Shown: in pieces, positions 37,884 through 41,432 of the stretch | Position numbering within the stretch: position 1 is the stretch's first letter | How the letters are laid out: each line of letters begins with the position of its first letter | Sequence record: SRR31156797_1757 | Strand: one strand, 5' to 3' | Length of the DNA stretch: 41,432 nt | Position numbers and translations under genes: made by a program | The notes under the pieces: model-generated | Databases searched by the model: none | The model's input: only the letters and a program-made list of their open reading frames with translations | Told to the model about the DNA's origin: nothing

Positions 37884-39221
37884 ATGAGTAAGATTCGCAA
37901 CAATTTTGATTTGGTAATGAATTTCCTGAGTAGGGGAGTTTGGAATATGCGCTTGAAAGATTTATCGGGACACCGATATTTCCTGATACGCCAATTGCGA
38001 ATTTACCTTTTGGCAGTGAAGGGTTTTTACGAAGATAAATGTCAGTTGAGAGCTTCTGCATTAACTTTCTATTCCATTTTGTCGGTAGTTCCAGTTCTGG
38101 CAATGGGTTTTGGTATTGCCAAAGGATTTGGATTAGAAAGAATGATAGAAAATGAGCTTAAATCAAGTTTATCAGGACAGGAGGAGGTTTTGAATTGGAT
38201 CATTGAATTTGCCAATAAAATGCTCGACAATACCAAAGAAGCTTATATTGCCGGATTGGGTTTTGTCATTCTATTTTGGTCGGTGATAAAGGTATTGAGC
38301 AATATTGAGGAATCGTTCAACGATGTCTGGCGCATTAAAAAGTCAAGAACCTGGGGACGCAAGTTCAGCGACTACACGGCAGTAATGATTTTTGCTCCAA
38401 TCCTGTTGATTGGTTCAAGTGCAGGAACCGTATTTCTTAAAACCATGATTCAGGAAGTGACTCAAGGGAATACTTTACTGGAAACAGTGGGACCTTTTCT
38501 GACTTTCTTGATCAATCTGGCTCCATACTTTTTGGTTTGGATACTTTTTACTTTGTTGTATACCTTCATGCCTAATACGCATGTGAAGTTTAAATCGGGT
38601 TTGATTGCCGGGATAATAGCTGGGACAATTTACCAGATCTTTCAGGTATTGTATATCGAATTCCAGGGAATGGTAACCACTTACAATGCTATATACGGTA
38701 GCTTTGCTGCTTTACCTTTATTCCTGATGTGGTTGCAGCTGAGTTGGCTGGTAGTGCTATTTGGTGCTGAAATATCTTTTGCAGAGCAGAATGTGGAGAA
38801 CTATGAATACGAGGCAGAAACAACCGAAATATCATACGATTACAAGCGTTTACTGAGTTTGTACGTATTGCACCAAATTGTAGATAATTTTAAACAGGAT
38901 AACGTTCCTTTACATTCTCAGGAAATTTCACATCGATTGGAGATGCCAATTCGATTGGTGAGGGAAATTCTTTTTAATCTGGACAATGCAGGTTTGATAT
39001 CAGAATTGACCACAGAGAAAGACAAACAAATGGCTTATCAGCCAGCATTTGATATCAACCACATGAGTGTTAATAAGGTGATTGATGCCCTGGAAAATTC
39101 AGGATCTGATAAGATTCCAGTTCTGGAAACGGAAGAGTATGCCGATCTGAAGTTGATTATTGAAGAGTACAGGAAGTCATTCTCGGTTGATGGACGTGAG
39201 ATTTTGTTGAAAGATATTTAA
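37884..39221 (+). CDS. YihY/BrkB family inner-membrane protein with C-terminal wHTH-like domain
   Basis: ASALTFYSILSVVP, IEESFNDVW and YNAIYGSFAALPLFLMWLQLSWLVVLFGAE motifs. Start taken at ATG 37884. Confidence 0.9.
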   Translation: MSKIRNNFDLVMNFLSRGVWNMRLKDLSGHRYFLIRQLRIYLLAVKGFYEDKCQLRASALTFYSILSVVPVLAMGFGIAKGFGLERMIENELKSSLSGQEEVLNWIIEFANKMLDNTKEAYIAGLGFVILFWSVIKVLSNIEESFNDVWRIKKSRTWGRKFSDYTAVMIFAPILLIGSSAGTVFLKTMIQEVTQGNTLLETVGPFLTFLINLAPYFLVWILFTLLYTFMPNTHVKFKSGLIAGIIAGTIYQIFQVLYIEFQGMVTTYNAIYGSFAALPLFLMWLQLSWLVVLFGAEISFAEQNVENYEYEAETTEISYDYKRLLSLYVLHQIVDNFKQDNVPLHSQEISHRLEMPIRLVREILFNLDNAGLISELTTEKDKQMAYQPAFDINHMSVNKVIDALENSGSDKIPVLETEEYADLKLIIEEYRKSFSVDGREILLKDI

Positions 39222-39226
39222 GCAAT

Positions 39227-39377
39227 AGTATCAAGTTACAAGCTACTAGTAACAAGAATCAAGAAAGAGAATATTTTATCCGGAATGATTATTTGGTGCT
39301 TGTATTCAGAATTACAAATAAATTTCAAATAGTAGATTTCCATAAGTCTTGAAACTGAAATCTTGCTACTTGAGACT
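39227..39377. repeat. Inverted pair of degenerate heptamer arrays
   Basis: AGTATCA AGTTACA AGCTACT AGTAACA AGAATCA AGAAAGA (39227-39268) and TAAGTCT TGAAACT GAAATCT TGCTACT TGAGACT (39343-39377). Confidence 0.65.
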
Positions 39378-39389
39378 AAAAATAAAAAT

Positions 39390-39632
39390 ATGATTTTCAT
39401 TTTTGGAGCAAACGATAAGGTTGTTGAACAGCAACAGTGCCGAACACAAGAACATTGTTACCATTGCAACAACACTACCAATTGGATTTTAGAAAAGAAT
39501 GCAACCTATGCCAGTTTTTTTTTCATATCTGTATTTCCTATTAAAACGAGATACATTCATTACTGTCCGATTTGTAAGAACGGAACACAGATGAATCAGG
39601 ATGAGTACAATTGGAAGAAGAGTCACTCTTAG
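39390..39632 (+). CDS. Zinc-ribbon domain small protein
   Basis: MIFIFG, CYHC, FFFISVFP and CPIC pattern. Start taken at ATG 39390. Confidence 0.8.
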   Translation: MIFIFGANDKVVEQQQCRTQEHCYHCNNTTNWILEKNATYASFFFISVFPIKTRYIHYCPICKNGTQMNQDEYNWKKSHS

Positions 39633-39769
39633 GAAGGAAAAATAGAGGTTCGATTCGTCTGTCAATTCTTATTATTGATTATTTTTACCTGAGATTTGAT
39701 TACTTACAATTGATTTGTAAATATCAGGTATCCCAAAAGCCAAATTGACAATACCTTAAATTCAAATTA

Positions 39770-41326
39770 ATGAACAGATCTGTTATCGGCATTTTTATGC
39801 TTTGTGTAATGATGCTATCGTCGTGTACACATACGAAAAAGCAAGATCTTCCAAAAATCGCTATTGCGGGATTTTGGATAGAGTCCAGTACCTTTTCTCC
39901 TGCCAGAAGTGATATGAATTCCTTTAAACAGTTGCGAGGAGATGAAATATTTAACTATTACCCATTCTTTGGAGTAGATTCTATCTTAAGAAATGCTGCC
40001 AATTGGTTTCCGACTCTTCGCGCCAGAGCAATTCCTGGTGGTATGGTTACCAAGGAAACTTACGAAAGTTTGGTAGGTGAGATTCTTGAAAAGTTAGAGA
40101 AGAATATGCCTTACGATGGCTTGTTTTTAGATATCCACGGAGCGAGTAGCGTAGAGGGAATGGATGATCCGGAGGGAGATTTTATCCAAAGAATTAGAAA
40201 AGTGGTTGGTACGGAATGCATGATATCAACTAGTATGGATTTGCATGGAAATGTAACCCCGGAATTGGTAAGGCATACCGATTTAATTACCTGTTTTCGT
40301 TTGGCTCCACACGAGGATGCTATGGAAACCAGAAGAAGAGCTGTTCAAAACCTCTTGGATCGTTTAGAGAGCGGAAAAGGGAAACCGAAGTACAAAGCCT
40401 GGGTTCCTGTACCAGTTCTTTTACCTGGTGAGAAAACTAGTACCCGAATTGAACCGGGAAAAAGCTTGTATGCTAAGATCGATCCGCTAACGAAAAAAGA
40501 AGGTGTTATCGACGCTGCCATTTGGGTGGGTTACGCCTGGGGCGATGCGCCAAGAAATACAGCAACAGTTACCGCTTATGGCGATAGCAAAGAGGAAGTT
40601 GCCAAAGCAGCAGAATACCTGGCAAAAAGCTTTTGGGATGTTCGTGAGAAGTTTGAGTTTGTAGCACCTGTGGCTAGTTTAGAGGAGTGTTTAAACAAAG
40701 CAATTGCTAGCAAGAAGCAACCCTTCATTATTAGTGATATGGGTGATAACCCAACGGCTGGAGGAGCAGGAGATGTGACCTGGACATTGCAGGAAGTACT
40801 GAATAGACCTGAGTTTAAAAAAGCTGATGGTCCTTCGGTGATATATGCCTCGATTCCGGGACCCAAGTTTGTTGCGAAGGCAATTGAATTGGGTGAAGGG
40901 GCTATGATTGAAGCATCGGCAGGAGCTAATGTTGATGCCAGATATGCCGGACCAGTGATGCTGAAAGGTAAGATTGAGAAAATTCGTCATGGCGATAAGC
41001 ATGCGGAGACTGAAGTGGTGGTGAAAGTAGGAAGTGTACATGTAATTGTTACCAAAATTCGTAAGCCATATCATCATGAAGCCGATTTTACCAATTTAGG
41101 ATTGAATCCGCGTAAGACGGATATTGTAATGGTGAAAATTGGTTACCTGGTGCCGGAACTGTACAACATGAGAGGCGATTGGTTGATGGCGCAAACGCCT
41201 GGTGGAGTAGATCAGGATTTGGAGCGCATTGGTTACAAGAGAATCAATCGTCCGATGTTTCCATTGGATGCGGATATGGAAGATCCTGATTTATCAGCGA
41301 GAATTATTCCCTTATCGAACGAATAG
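39770..41326 (+). CDS. M81 family metallopeptidase (MlrC-like), predicted lipoprotein
   Basis: IESSTFSP, LDIHGA, DLHGN, PHED, DMGDNPTAGG and TPG motifs, lipobox LSSC. Confidence 0.9.
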   Translation: MNRSVIGIFMLCVMMLSSCTHTKKQDLPKIAIAGFWIESSTFSPARSDMNSFKQLRGDEIFNYYPFFGVDSILRNAANWFPTLRARAIPGGMVTKETYESLVGEILEKLEKNMPYDGLFLDIHGASSVEGMDDPEGDFIQRIRKVVGTECMISTSMDLHGNVTPELVRHTDLITCFRLAPHEDAMETRRRAVQNLLDRLESGKGKPKYKAWVPVPVLLPGEKTSTRIEPGKSLYAKIDPLTKKEGVIDAAIWVGYAWGDAPRNTATVTAYGDSKEEVAKAAEYLAKSFWDVREKFEFVAPVASLEECLNKAIASKKQPFIISDMGDNPTAGGAGDVTWTLQEVLNRPEFKKADGPSVIYASIPGPKFVAKAIELGEGAMIEASAGANVDARYAGPVMLKGKIEKIRHGDKHAETEVVVKVGSVHVIVTKIRKPYHHEADFTNLGLNPRKTDIVMVKIGYLVPELYNMRGDWLMAQTPGGVDQDLERIGYKRINRPMFPLDADMEDPDLSARIIPLSNE

Positions 41327-41347
41327 AATGCAATAAATAAAATAGAG

Positions 41348-41376
41348 AAGAGACGTACTGATGTACGTCTTTTTTT
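41348..41376 (+). terminator. Rho-independent terminator (probably bidirectional)
   Basis: AAGAGACGTAC-TGAT-GTACGTCTTTT plus a T tract. Confidence 0.88.
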
Positions 41377-41379
41377 GTT

Positions 41380-41432
41380 TTAAGTAATGCCTTTGATTTT
41401 GTCTTCAATTCTAATGATCTTTTTCATGATGC
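41380..41432 (-). CDS. Possible 3' end of a convergent gene (truncated by window edge)
   Basis: A minus frame reads ..IMKKIIRIEDKIKGIT* and stops right at the terminator. Too short to identify. Confidence 0.35.
   Translation of the reverse strand, partial: IMKKIIRIEDKIKGIT

Noticed and set aside
39227-39377. Possible CRISPR array or microsatellite
   Set aside because: The units are degenerate 7-mers with no 25-45 bp repeat-spacer structure, and no cas genes are present.
39770-41326. Microcystin degradation pathway
   Set aside because: Only the widespread MlrC-like gene is present, with no mlrA or mlrD.

Overview
This is AT-rich chromosomal DNA from a Bacteroidota member. The call rests on TAnnTTTG-type promoters, many lipoprotein signal peptides and a short AtpC; a marine Marinifilaceae-like host is only my inference. 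Left to right the window holds: (1) the end of atpA and atpG; (2) an 11.5 kb alpha-mannoside utilisation cluster with no SusC/D (GntR/HutC regulator, ROK kinase, MFS permease, GH92, an unassigned six-hairpin glycosidase-like lipoprotein, an extended mannose-6-phosphate isomerase, a second GH92), bracketed by two near-identical terminators; (3) a C_GCAxxG_C_C protein, a SAM methyltransferase with a structured leader, a Na/Pi cotransporter with a Pho-box-like repeat, an MMPL transporter, a polyprenyl synthase and atpD-atpC; (4) a GT9 and an exported glutathione peroxidase; (5) a long minus-strand envelope-modification region (response regulator, two paralogous sensor kinases, GT2, LAB_N protein, ArnT-like GT83, UDP-glucuronate-epimerase-like protein, a small HxH/KSPP protein, a 4Fe-4S membrane protein, LTA-synthase family protein, DAG kinase); (6) a serine hydrolase, YihY, a zinc-ribbon protein and an MlrC-like M81 peptidase. 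The strongest non-obvious signals are an identical 20-bp OmpR-type box in front of both the GT2 operon and the LTA-synthase gene, a duplicated candidate GntR operator in the mannoside cluster, and inverted 7-nt-periodic arrays in three intergenic spacers. I saw no rRNA, tRNA, CRISPR array, transposase or integrase. All calls come from reading motifs by eye; no database search or folding program was run.
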